Below are positions 9,494 through 18,717 of a stretch of 64,000 nucleotides of DNA, in pieces (the stretch's first letter is position 1; every line of letters starts with the position of its first letter). Location: positions 32,001 to 96,000 of the forward strand of contig JBJEGD010000004.1 of NCBI GenBank assembly GCA_051874735.1. The letters run 5' to 3'. This DNA comes from Candidatus Bruticola sp. GTDB taxonomy: Bacteria; Vulcanimicrobiota; Xenobia; Xenobiales; Xenobiaceae. A program made the translations under genes and the position numbers. The notes beneath the pieces were generated by a model. The model was not told the origin of the DNA. It ran no database searches and saw only the letters and a list, made by a program, of their open reading frames with translations.

Positions 9494-12400
9494 ATGTCAT
9501 TAGATAAAATTTCCGGCTTTTTCGGAATAAGCAATATATCCGGTAATACTTTGGGTACTTCCGCTACTTCCAGTGGAGCTTTTGGCTTTGCTGCCGATGA
9601 TTCTATTTCTCTTTCCGGTTCTGAGGCCATCAATGCTTTCGGTTCCAGCTATGTCGCTTCTTTGGAAGAGGGTGGAGCCCTTGAAGGTGAAGCAGCCGCT
9701 GCAGAGCAGGCTACTCAGGCTAACGAGCAAACTGCTCAAGTAGCTGCTAATGAAAATGAAGACCAAAATATAGTTAAGGCTGAAGCTGACGCCACTGCTA
9801 AAAATGCTGCTGCTACTGATGCCTCAGCTGTGCAGAATAAAGCTCAGGCAGAGGCTGTTGAACAGGCTCAGGCAGCTGTTTCCGCTAACGCGGAAGTCGA
9901 TGAAGCTGACGCCGACTTAGAGGCGGCTCAGCGCGAGCTAGATAATGTTATCGCTGAAGGCGATCAAGAGGGCAAAGAGGCCAATACTGCTGAAACTTTA
10001 AACAGTTTAGAAACTGAAATGGAGCGTCTTAAGGCTGAGCAAGAAAAGAAGGCTCAAGAGCGTGAAGCTCTGGAGTTGAAGCAGGCTCAATTGGTTGAAG
10101 ATCTGGCTGAAGCTCAGGCTGACGGCGATCAGGAAAAGGTCGCTCAGCTCAGTCAGGAACTGAATCAAGTTAATCAGCAGCTGAGTTCTACCCAAGATGA
10201 AATGGGCTCTTTACAGAACCGCATTTCTAGTTTAGGTGATACTATCGACTCCACCAGAACGCAGCTTGAACAAGAAAATGCTGCTAAAGCTCAGAATCAG
10301 CAAGATAAAGTGAATGCAGCCCAGAGCGCTCAACAGAATGCTGCCGCCAGTGCTGATCAGGCTAGAGCTAATGCCAGCAGCGCCAATGCCGATTCTCAAT
10401 CTGCTCAGCAAGCGGCTTCCGAGGCTGGTAGCACCGCTTCTCAAGCTAGTTCCGAGGCTCAATCTTCTCAGGCCGACGCTTCTAAGGCTGCTGCTGAAGC
10501 TCAGCAGTCTCAATCTAAAGCTGATGAAGCCAAGGCTGCTATGGAACAGCTTAAGTCTGAAGCTACCCAAGCTCGCAACGATGCTACTTCCAAAGCCGCT
10601 GAAGCTAGTCAGGCCGATTCTGAAGTCGCTGCTGCTCAGTCTGCTTTAGAAGCTGCTCAGTCCGCTACTAAAACTATAGAAGATTCAGAGGGCAATACTC
10701 AGGAAGTTCCCGATGAAGAAGCTATCGCTTCTGCTCAGTCCGCTTTAGATGCCGCTCAAGCTAAAGCAGATGCTGCTCACGCTGCTGCCGATCAGGCTGA
10801 AGCTGAGGCTTCCAGACTTGAAGGACAACTTGGCGCTGCTGAAGGTAAATCTGCTGCTGCCGATACTGAAGCTACTCAAGCTAACAAGGCTTCCGAACAG
10901 GCTGAGGCTCAAGCTACTTCCGATGCTGCTGCCTCTGAGAACGCTGAGAAGGCAGCTGCTGAGGCTGACACTAAGGCTGAAAATGCCGCTGGTCAGGTCA
11001 ATAGTGCTGAGCAAAAAGTGTCTAAAGCTGAGAGCAGTGTAGAGCAAATTAATGATAAGGCCGGTAAAGCTCAAGAAGATGTCAGCACTGTAGAGGCTGC
11101 CAATGCTGCCGATCAAGCTGCTGCTGATAATGCTAAGAATGCCGCCGATGATGCCAGAAACAGCGCTAATCAGAATGGCAAAGAAGCTTCTCAAATTAAG
11201 CCTGAAGATCTTCCCGAGGGTGTTTTTGTAGATAAAAACGGAACTCTCTATAGCGAAGATGGCAAGAAACTTCCTGACGGTAGTACTCTTAACGAAGATG
11301 GCGAGTTAGTTAATGGCGACGGTCACCTTATTGATAACAAAGGCAATCTTATCAATGAAGATGGGGCCAGAGTAGACGCCAATGGCAAAGTCATGACTCC
11401 TGAAGAGATCGCTAATTCGGATAAGGCAAAAGAGTCAGGAAAGACTGCAGAAGAGTCTAAGAGTGAATCGTCAAAGGAAACGGGCAATAATGAGTTGCTC
11501 AATCAAATTCAACAACTTCAACAGCAGTTGGGTAATTTAGCCGCTGCTCAGCAAGCTGCCGGCAATAACGGTGGCGGTTCCGGTTCCGGCGGTGGTTCTG
11601 GCTCCGGTTCCGGTGGCGGTTCTGGAACTGGTGGCGTCTCTGGTGCTGGCGGATCTGGTAGCGCTGGAAACGTAACTTCAGGCTCTTCTGTGAAGAGAAG
11701 CAGTGCAGCTGGCGACATCGATATCTCTAATTGCTCCGACGAAGACGTCGCTAAAGCTATTGATGGTTTCTTAGCTGAAAAAGGTTCAGCTGCTCCCGAA
11801 GGTACTGGCGCCCTCTTTGTGAAGGCTGGTAAGGAATACGATGTAGATCCGCTGGTGCTGCTCTCCATCGCTGGCCAGGAAACTCAGTGGGGCAAGACAG
11901 GCATCGGTATCAACGGTTGGATGGGAGTAGGCGCTTACGATTCCGATCCTAATAACGCTACCAGAAACTCTAAGTTCTCCGGTGTAGAGAATCAGATAAA
12001 TGTAGGAGCCAAAACTTTCCATAATCTGCGCGAAAAGGGCGGCTCTTCTTCGTCCGACTCTATAGCAGATCAGGCTGCTGCTGTAAATAAAGCCGGTTGG
12101 GCTACCGATCAGAATTGGCACAATGGCGTTACTAGTATCTACCACGATCAGGTAGGCGCTTACATGCTCGAGAATTTGAAGGGCGCAGAGGTTAAAGGCA
12201 ATGGTAAGGGCATTGAAGGAGCGCTCAACGAAGCCTTGTCTATGGAAGGTCTCACAGAGCACGCTAATGCCTCTGAAATAAATGCTATTACCAAAGATTG
12301 CAACCAGAGCTGGGCTCTTGACTGTCAATCGCAGCCTTGGTGTGCCGCTTTCGCTACGGGTATTTTGGCTAAACACGGCGTTATGGACTTCAGCGCTTGT

Positions 12401-12679
12401 GAGAACGTCAACTATACTCCTACATTGGTAAATTGGTCTAAAGGACAAGGTACTTGGAATGCCGCTGGCGGTGATTATGTTCCTCAGTCCGGCGATATGA
12501 TTATGTTTGACTGGGACAACACCAGATCGGGAGCCGATCATGTAGGTATCGTAGTTAGCTACGACAGCTCCAGCGGGGTTGTTACAACTGTTGAAGGCAA
12601 TAGCAGCGATTCAGTAAAAGTAAAGACTTACGATCGCAATCAGGCCTGCGTTATGGGCTATATATCCCCCAACATCTAA
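9494..12679 (+). CDS. Coiled-coil peptidoglycan hydrolase 2 (GH73-like + CHAP)
   Basis: Full-length paralog of 6227..9151 with the same catalytic motifs and an extra DxxG-repeat insert. Confidence 0.85.
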   Translation: MSLDKISGFFGISNISGNTLGTSATSSGAFGFAADDSISLSGSEAINAFGSSYVASLEEGGALEGEAAAAEQATQANEQTAQVAANENEDQNIVKAEADATAKNAAATDASAVQNKAQAEAVEQAQAAVSANAEVDEADADLEAAQRELDNVIAEGDQEGKEANTAETLNSLETEMERLKAEQEKKAQEREALELKQAQLVEDLAEAQADGDQEKVAQLSQELNQVNQQLSSTQDEMGSLQNRISSLGDTIDSTRTQLEQENAAKAQNQQDKVNAAQSAQQNAAASADQARANASSANADSQSAQQAASEAGSTASQASSEAQSSQADASKAAAEAQQSQSKADEAKAAMEQLKSEATQARNDATSKAAEASQADSEVAAAQSALEAAQSATKTIEDSEGNTQEVPDEEAIASAQSALDAAQAKADAAHAAADQAEAEASRLEGQLGAAEGKSAAADTEATQANKASEQAEAQATSDAAASENAEKAAAEADTKAENAAGQVNSAEQKVSKAESSVEQINDKAGKAQEDVSTVEAANAADQAAADNAKNAADDARNSANQNGKEASQIKPEDLPEGVFVDKNGTLYSEDGKKLPDGSTLNEDGELVNGDGHLIDNKGNLINEDGARVDANGKVMTPEEIANSDKAKESGKTAEESKSESSKETGNNELLNQIQQLQQQLGNLAAAQQAAGNNGGGSGSGGGSGSGSGGGSGTGGVSGAGGSGSAGNVTSGSSVKRSSAAGDIDISNCSDEDVAKAIDGFLAEKGSAAPEGTGALFVKAGKEYDVDPLVLLSIAGQETQWGKTGIGINGWMGVGAYDSDPNNATRNSKFSGVENQINVGAKTFHNLREKGGSSSSDSIADQAAAVNKAGWATDQNWHNGVTSIYHDQVGAYMLENLKGAEVKGNGKGIEGALNEALSMEGLTEHANASEINAITKDCNQSWALDCQSQPWCAAFATGILAKHGVMDFSACENVNYTPTLVNWSKGQGTWNAAGGDYVPQSGDMIMFDWDNTRSGADHVGIVVSYDSSSGVVTTVEGNSSDSVKVKTYDRNQACVMGYISPNI

Positions 12680-12703
12680 TATCTAGGCCTTAACATAATA
12701 CCT

Positions 12704-12743
12704 AAATGCCCTTCCTGTTTTTGAACTGGAAGGGCATTTTTTT
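12704..12743 (+). terminator. Intrinsic terminator after hydrolase 2
   Basis: AAATGCCCTTCC / GGAAGGGCATTT plus T tract. Confidence 0.8.
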
Positions 12744-12953
12744 AGGATTATATAAAATTATTATCCATTTTTTTTGTTCAGTTTCAGAGTTGTTAACTAT
12801 TGTAAATGTGTCATAAGGGAAAAATAAAAAGTAAAAAAAATGTTAAAACGATAAATAAATTATAGATAAAAATAAAAAAGTTCTTGATAATACAAAAAAC
12901 ATTGTCCAAGTTGGAGTTAGTCCTTGGGCTGATTGTTTAGGAGGGATTTTTAC

Positions 12954-15269
12954 ATGACGCAAGTTAGCACCAATAATTACGATAATTCTGCTGCCATACA
13001 GCAGCAACAGCAAGCTGAAGCTGCCCGACGCCAAGAAGAAGCTCGCAAAGCTAGAGAGGCCGAACAGGCAAAAAGAGCTGAAGAAGCTCGTAAGGCTCAA
13101 GAAGAACAGGCCAGAAAGGCCAGAGAGCAAGATCAGGTTGCTGTAAGCTATAGCGAAGCGGCTGAAGCTGGCAAAAATGTTAAAGTGGCCTCTCTCGATG
13201 ATGATGAGCGCTCTACTGTCGATAAGAACGGTTTCGGTGGTGGAGGCGGCAAATTCTTAGGAAAAACAGAAGAAAAGGGAGTGCTCGGCAAGATTACCGG
13301 TGCCATTGACGGTATTACAGATAAAGTTGGGGAAATTACTGGCAAGATAGTAGATGCCGTAAAAGATAAGTTCGCCGACGGTCTTGATGTCGCTTCTGAA
13401 ATAGCCGATAAAGTTGGTTTAGAAGGCACATCTGACGACTTAGAAAAGATTGCTGACGACCTTAGAGGTGAGGACGGCGAAAAGCTTGACGACGAACAGA
13501 AGGCCGAAGTAAAGGACAAGATCAGAGAGCAAAAGCTCGAGAAGCTCAATAAAGAGAAAGACATTCAAACTAAGAAGCAGGAAGAGCTGGAAAAAGAGCG
13601 CGACAAGACTATGGAAGAGCTTGAGGCAGCCCAGGCCGCTGGTGATCAGGCTAAGGTTAAAGAGCTTACTAACAAGCTCGACGGCATTAACGATGAACTC
13701 TCTGCTGTAAACGATAAGATTGATAAGATCAATAAAGAAATTGAAAGCTTAGAGCCTACCCCTGAAGAAGAGCTCGAAGATCTCCAGAAAGACATGGATG
13801 AGCTTAATAAGGAAGAAGAGGCTAAGCTCAAAGAGAAAGAGGAGCTGGAAAAACAGCAGGAAGAGCTGGTTGAAGAACTGGCTGCTGCTCAGGCTGCTGG
13901 AGATCAAGAAAAGGTTGAGGAGCTTACTAATAAGCTGCAGGGAGTCAATGACGACTTGGAGCGCGTCAATGGTGAACTGCAAGATATTCAGAACAAGAAA
14001 CAGCTTCTCCAGAATGATATCGATAAGGTTCAAGGTGAAATTGACGCTAAAAACGCTCCCCAGCAGGCAGCAGCCGAAGGTGGAGATGGTTCTCAGGCGG
14101 TTAGTTCCAACGAAGCTGCTGGAGCCCAGGGCGCTAACAATGGTACCCAGGGAGCCAACAATGGCGGCTCCGGAGGCAGCGGTGGTTCCGGCAATAATGG
14201 CGGTGTAAACGGCACTGGTGGTACCGGTGGCACCGGAGGAACTGGAAGCACTGGTGCTACTCAGGGAGCTAATGCTTCTGGTGCAACCAGAACAAGTGCA
14301 GCTGGCGACATCGATCTTTCTAAGTGCTCCGATGAAGATATCGCTAAAGCTATCGATGGTTTCTTGGCTTCTAAAGGTTCTGCTGCTCCTGAGGGAACTG
14401 GTGCCATGTTCGTCAAAGCTGGCAAAGAGAATAATGTCGATCCGTTAGTTCTGCTCTCCATAGCTGGTCAAGAAACTCAGTGGGGCAAGACTGGTATCGG
14501 CATCAACGGTTGGATGGGTGTAGGAGCTTATGACTCTGATCCTAATAACGCTACCAGAAATTCTAAGTTCTCTGGCGTAGAGAATCAAATCAACGTCGGC
14601 GCTAAAACTTTTGCCAATCTCCGTGCTAAAGGCGGATCCTCGGCCGATGCTTCTATCGCAGATCAAGCTGCAGCCGTCAATAAAGCTGGTTGGGCTACTG
14701 ACCAAAATTGGCACAAAGGTGTAACTAGTATTTATCACGATCAAGTCGGTGCTTATATGCTCGAGAATTTGAAGGGCGCCGAAGTTAAGGGCAGCAAGGG
14801 CGTCGATGGGGCCCTCACTGAGGCTGGCTCTATGGTCGGCATGACTGAGAGTGGTAACTCTTCGCAGATTAATGCTATTACCAAAGATTGGAATCAGAGC
14901 TGGGCTCTTGATTGTCGAGAACAGCCTTGGTGTGCTGCTTTCGCCACCGGTATTTTAGCTAAACATGGAGTTATGGACTTTAGTGCCTGCTCCAATGTAA
15001 ACTACACTCCTACTTTGGTAGAATGGTCTAAGGGTCAAAATACCTGGCAGCAGGGCGGTAACGGCTACGCTCCTAAGTCAGGCGATATGATTATGTTTGA
15101 CTGGGACAACACCCGCAGCAGTGCTGATCACGTTGGTATTGTAGAGAGCTACGATCCAGCTAGCGGTACGGTAACAACGATTGAGGGCAACAGCAGTAAT
15201 TCGGTGCGTCGTCGCACTTATAATGTTAACGATGCCTGTATTATGGGCTTCATAATGCCGAACAAGTAA
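12954..15269 (+). CDS. Coiled-coil peptidoglycan hydrolase 3 (GH73-like + CHAP)
   Basis: Same C-terminal catalytic pair with a divergent E/K-rich N-terminus; ATG 12954 follows AGGAGGG. Confidence 0.85.
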   Translation: MTQVSTNNYDNSAAIQQQQQAEAARRQEEARKAREAEQAKRAEEARKAQEEQARKAREQDQVAVSYSEAAEAGKNVKVASLDDDERSTVDKNGFGGGGGKFLGKTEEKGVLGKITGAIDGITDKVGEITGKIVDAVKDKFADGLDVASEIADKVGLEGTSDDLEKIADDLRGEDGEKLDDEQKAEVKDKIREQKLEKLNKEKDIQTKKQEELEKERDKTMEELEAAQAAGDQAKVKELTNKLDGINDELSAVNDKIDKINKEIESLEPTPEEELEDLQKDMDELNKEEEAKLKEKEELEKQQEELVEELAAAQAAGDQEKVEELTNKLQGVNDDLERVNGELQDIQNKKQLLQNDIDKVQGEIDAKNAPQQAAAEGGDGSQAVSSNEAAGAQGANNGTQGANNGGSGGSGGSGNNGGVNGTGGTGGTGGTGSTGATQGANASGATRTSAAGDIDLSKCSDEDIAKAIDGFLASKGSAAPEGTGAMFVKAGKENNVDPLVLLSIAGQETQWGKTGIGINGWMGVGAYDSDPNNATRNSKFSGVENQINVGAKTFANLRAKGGSSADASIADQAAAVNKAGWATDQNWHKGVTSIYHDQVGAYMLENLKGAEVKGSKGVDGALTEAGSMVGMTESGNSSQINAITKDWNQSWALDCREQPWCAAFATGILAKHGVMDFSACSNVNYTPTLVEWSKGQNTWQQGGNGYAPKSGDMIMFDWDNTRSSADHVGIVESYDPASGTVTTIEGNSSNSVRRRTYNVNDACIMGFIMPNK

Positions 15270-15316
15270 GTATAATAGTAAGTATCTGTTAAATATCGTT
15301 AGTTATATTAAATAAT

Positions 15317-15362
15317 AAAGGACAGGTGGACTGTAATGCGTTGCCTGTCCTTTGGCTTTTTT
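15317..15362 (+). terminator. Probable terminator after hydrolase 3
   Basis: AAAGGACAGG / CCTGTCCTTT stem with downstream Ts. Confidence 0.6.
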
Positions 15363-15482
15363 ATGGCTATAAAAAAATGCTTTATCATATTTCTGTTTTG
15401 AGTTATAATCAAAAGTAGAATGGGCTGCTCATGTGCAGTTTCGCCCATCAGATTCTCCCTCCAGGGGTTCAGGAGGAACTTA

Positions 15483-18400
15483 ATGGATTCGTACAATTCC
15501 CTTGCTTGCAGCAAGGGGAGCAGACGCTGGCTGGGCTTATGCCTATTTGCTATAGCCTTCCTGTTTGCTGCCCTAGTTTCTGGCTGCGGCGGTTCCGGTA
15601 GCTCCGGCAGCGGCGGTGGTGCTCCTGCCAAAGAGTATTCCGATGTTATTTTCCATTTTAACAATTTGGCCAGTGAAAAAGTTTTGGCCCGTGCCGTACC
15701 TGAAAACACTGCGTTTGTTCGCTTTACAGGTTCGAGCAGCTCTCGTGAAGTTCTTTATGGTCCTGTCATCAAGGATTACGCTGCTACCATTATTTTAGAG
15801 AAAGTTCCCGTTAAAGTATCCGGCTTTGTTTTAGAGTGCCTTAACTCTGAGAAGCAACTTACTGCAGTTATTCCTGTTTCTGTACAGATGAACTGCTACG
15901 GTGATACAGTCGTTAATATTAACGATTACAAGCCTCTGAGCAGTGTAGTAAAAAATATCACTGTTAAACCTACAGAAATTAACGATTTGTTAGTTGGATA
16001 CAGTGAGAGTATCAGTGCCATAGCTACTTTGAGCGATGGTCAGATAGTCGATCTCACTCCTTACATGACTTTTACCAGTTCTGATCCTGAAGTTGCTACT
16101 GTAGAGCAGAACGGATATGATGGTGCTAAGGTCACAGCTAGTAAGGGCGGAGAAACCACTATCTCCGGTAGCGTTTTAGGCGTCTCTATGCCTGACATCA
16201 GCGTCTCTGTAAGCGTTGGTGTAGTTGAGAGTAAAGTCATCTTCGAACCTGAATCATTGAGTGTTGCTCCTAGCAGAACCAGACCCGCTTCTGCTTTAGT
16301 CGTTTTCAATGATGGAACAACTAAGGCTTTAGATCCCAGTCAGGTTACATACAGTGTCGCTCCAGAAGGTGTTGTAACGATTGAGCCTTCTACTTCTTAT
16401 CCTTCCCAAGTCTACGTTACTGGTAGTACTGGCGCTCAGGTAGGTGATACCGCTACTGTCACCATGACCGCTTCTTTAAGTGGCAAAACTTTCACCGCTG
16501 ATTTGCCTGTGACTATTAGTGATGCCGTTATAGACAGCATTGAAATTTCCAATGTTATCGAGCATGAGTTCGCTCCCGGCGAGAATAAAATCTTCAGTAA
16601 AGGCACTCCCAGTGAGAGTCAGTTTACTGCTACTGCCCATATGAGCGACAGCACTTCACAAAATGTAACTTCTCAGGTTACTTGGAAGAGCAATACTCCC
16701 AATGTTGCTAGTTTCTCCGATGATACGGCTGGTTTACTGCAGGCTAAAGAGTCTGGTGTTACTACTGTTACTGCCGAACTCGATGGCATTACTTCCAATT
16801 CTATTACAATTACCGTAGTAGAGCCTAGTGTTACCGAGTTGAAGGTTGAAGGCATTGCCGATGCTAACAGCGGTATCGTGGTGTTTCTCGGTGAGAATCC
16901 CGTGGCTTATCCTTTGAAGGTTAAAGCCGTTTACGACAACACTGATGAAGTTTATGTAAATATCTCTGACGGTTTGGTTTGTGAGCACATTACCAACGGC
17001 AGTGTGCTTTCTGAAGAGTACGTAAAGTTCGAAGATAAAGAAGAAGCTGAGACAGAAACTCATTACATTGAAGTTTCTGGTATCAGAGCTACTTCCGATT
17101 TAACTTCCAGCCAAATGAAATTTACCTACAACGAAGTTTCTTCTGATCTGATTAAAGTTACAGTTCAAGAAAAAGCTGTAACCGACTTTACTATCAGTTT
17201 CAAAGATCAGACTACAGGTAAAGAATACTCCGTAGACACTTACAATGAAAATACTGTTCTTGGTGTTCCCTGGGGCCGCAAATATGATGTCATAGTTAGA
17301 GGCTATTGGACCAATCCCAATACTGGTGAACATGAGTCTTTGGGTGAAATTACCGGTAATTATAAGTATGGTTATCAGGATGGTAATACCGTAGCTAATC
17401 AGGGTACTTATAATAATCTGGAATACACCAGCACCGATTTGGATCATCCTATAATTTTTGACGACGTAAAGCTGGATAAGTATGGCGTATATTGGTCTGA
17501 GTCTGGCACGACTATCGAGACTATTGAAGAGCAATTCAGTGATAGTTTATTTACTAGCGAAGCTACCCGCGGTGAATGCAGTTATACTGGTACTGGCGGT
17601 ACCATCACTGTTGTCGGTGTAGATAAAACTAATGATAAAGAGACCTTCCGTGTTTGCTTCCGCATTGTAAAGCCGGCGATCGACTCTTATATGGCTATGA
17701 GCTACGGAGATATATCTCGCCAGGGTGATCTTTCTACTTTCGATGTGCCTCGCGGTGTTAACTTTGACATTACTGATGGCAGTTTTAGCCATAGGCTTGT
17801 GGCTGTTATGTCTAATCTTGGTGAAGAAGGCAGAGAGCACGCAACAAAAGACGTTACTGAATTCGTTAATGTTGATGACAACAGCATTACCGATTTCGAT
17901 ACTAAACTCTTAACTGCCAAAGTCAGCGACAATGTGTACTCTAGCGTTACCGCTGATGCACAGTACGCTGAGCGCAACCTGTTCAATACGGAAGATCGCC
18001 GTTTCGATATGACAGGCGTAGTACTCATCAATGATTGGGACAAAGAAGACCACTTGTTCGGGGCTTACTCTACTCCTGCGGAAACCGAATGGCAGAGCTT
18101 TAACTGCGAGATGCCTGAGTTTACGCTGCGTTTGGAGCGTCCTAGAATTACTAACTCTTTCGCTATCGTTTACAGCTATGGTGATGCTGGTGAGATAGCT
18201 AAAGTCGACATCGGCGCTGATAACTACTATCACTTCAAAGAAGGTGACAAGTTTACTTATTGCTTGAGAGAAGCTACGCTCAGTGATGGTTCTGAAGCTG
18301 GTTCATCCGACTTTATTATCCAAACTGATTCCAAGATTAGTGGTTTCAGCAATAATGGTACGCCAGTCTTTATTTTGAAGCATATTGGCAATGCCGCTTC

Positions 18401-18542
18401 AGCTGATCCTTATGAAGTAATTACTGATGAGACTTTTGCTAACGGCTTTAAGTCAACTATTAGCATTACTCCTAATAACGACACTTACTATGATGCCGTT
18501 CTTTATTCCAATACTATGACTGTCTTCTTGGACAAGCCCTAG
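15483..18542 (+). CDS. Large lipoprotein with several bacterial Ig-like (Big_2-type) domains
   Basis: Lipobox VSGC followed by a G/S linker; Big_2 signatures FTSSDPEVATV and VTWKSNTPNVASF; ATG follows AGGAGG. Confidence 0.75.
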   Translation: MDSYNSLACSKGSRRWLGLCLFAIAFLFAALVSGCGGSGSSGSGGGAPAKEYSDVIFHFNNLASEKVLARAVPENTAFVRFTGSSSSREVLYGPVIKDYAATIILEKVPVKVSGFVLECLNSEKQLTAVIPVSVQMNCYGDTVVNINDYKPLSSVVKNITVKPTEINDLLVGYSESISAIATLSDGQIVDLTPYMTFTSSDPEVATVEQNGYDGAKVTASKGGETTISGSVLGVSMPDISVSVSVGVVESKVIFEPESLSVAPSRTRPASALVVFNDGTTKALDPSQVTYSVAPEGVVTIEPSTSYPSQVYVTGSTGAQVGDTATVTMTASLSGKTFTADLPVTISDAVIDSIEISNVIEHEFAPGENKIFSKGTPSESQFTATAHMSDSTSQNVTSQVTWKSNTPNVASFSDDTAGLLQAKESGVTTVTAELDGITSNSITITVVEPSVTELKVEGIADANSGIVVFLGENPVAYPLKVKAVYDNTDEVYVNISDGLVCEHITNGSVLSEEYVKFEDKEEAETETHYIEVSGIRATSDLTSSQMKFTYNEVSSDLIKVTVQEKAVTDFTISFKDQTTGKEYSVDTYNENTVLGVPWGRKYDVIVRGYWTNPNTGEHESLGEITGNYKYGYQDGNTVANQGTYNNLEYTSTDLDHPIIFDDVKLDKYGVYWSESGTTIETIEEQFSDSLFTSEATRGECSYTGTGGTITVVGVDKTNDKETFRVCFRIVKPAIDSYMAMSYGDISRQGDLSTFDVPRGVNFDITDGSFSHRLVAVMSNLGEEGREHATKDVTEFVNVDDNSITDFDTKLLTAKVSDNVYSSVTADAQYAERNLFNTEDRRFDMTGVVLINDWDKEDHLFGAYSTPAETEWQSFNCEMPEFTLRLERPRITNSFAIVYSYGDAGEIAKVDIGADNYYHFKEGDKFTYCLREATLSDGSEAGSSDFIIQTDSKISGFSNNGTPVFILKHIGNAASADPYEVITDETFANGFKSTISITPNNDTYYDAVLYSNTMTVFLDKP

Positions 18543-18602
18543 TTCATAAGTATGTGTCTGCCTGATAGAAGATAACCCTTTTTGAGGCAGGCTATATTTG
18601 GT

Positions 18603-18640
18603 AAGCCCCTTGCGCCTACGGCGCAAGGGGCTTTTTTTTT
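18603..18640 (+). terminator. Intrinsic terminator
   Basis: Perfect stem AAGCCCCTTGCGCC / GGCGCAAGGGGCTT plus T run. Confidence 0.85.
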
Positions 18641-18654
18641 GATTAAAAATGCAT

Positions 18655-18695
18655 AAAAAAACTTCGCTGCAGTTATGCAAACCACAGCGAAGTTT
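18655..18695 (-). terminator. Terminator for the GGGtGRT operon
   Basis: AAACTTCGCTG / CAGCGAAGTTT stem with an A run on the + strand. Confidence 0.6.
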
Positions 18696-18717
18696 AAGTA
18701 GCTTCTATGAATTCAGC

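Noticed and set aside
7037-14744. Many short antisense or alternate-frame Leu/Ser-rich ORFs inside the hydrolase genes as possible immunity proteins
   Set aside because: Explained by the repetitive GCT/GAA/CAG codon content of the real genes
6227-15269. Prophage tail or tape-measure lysins
   Set aside because: No structural, holin, integrase or terminase genes nearby; each gene has its own terminator and host-like codon usage
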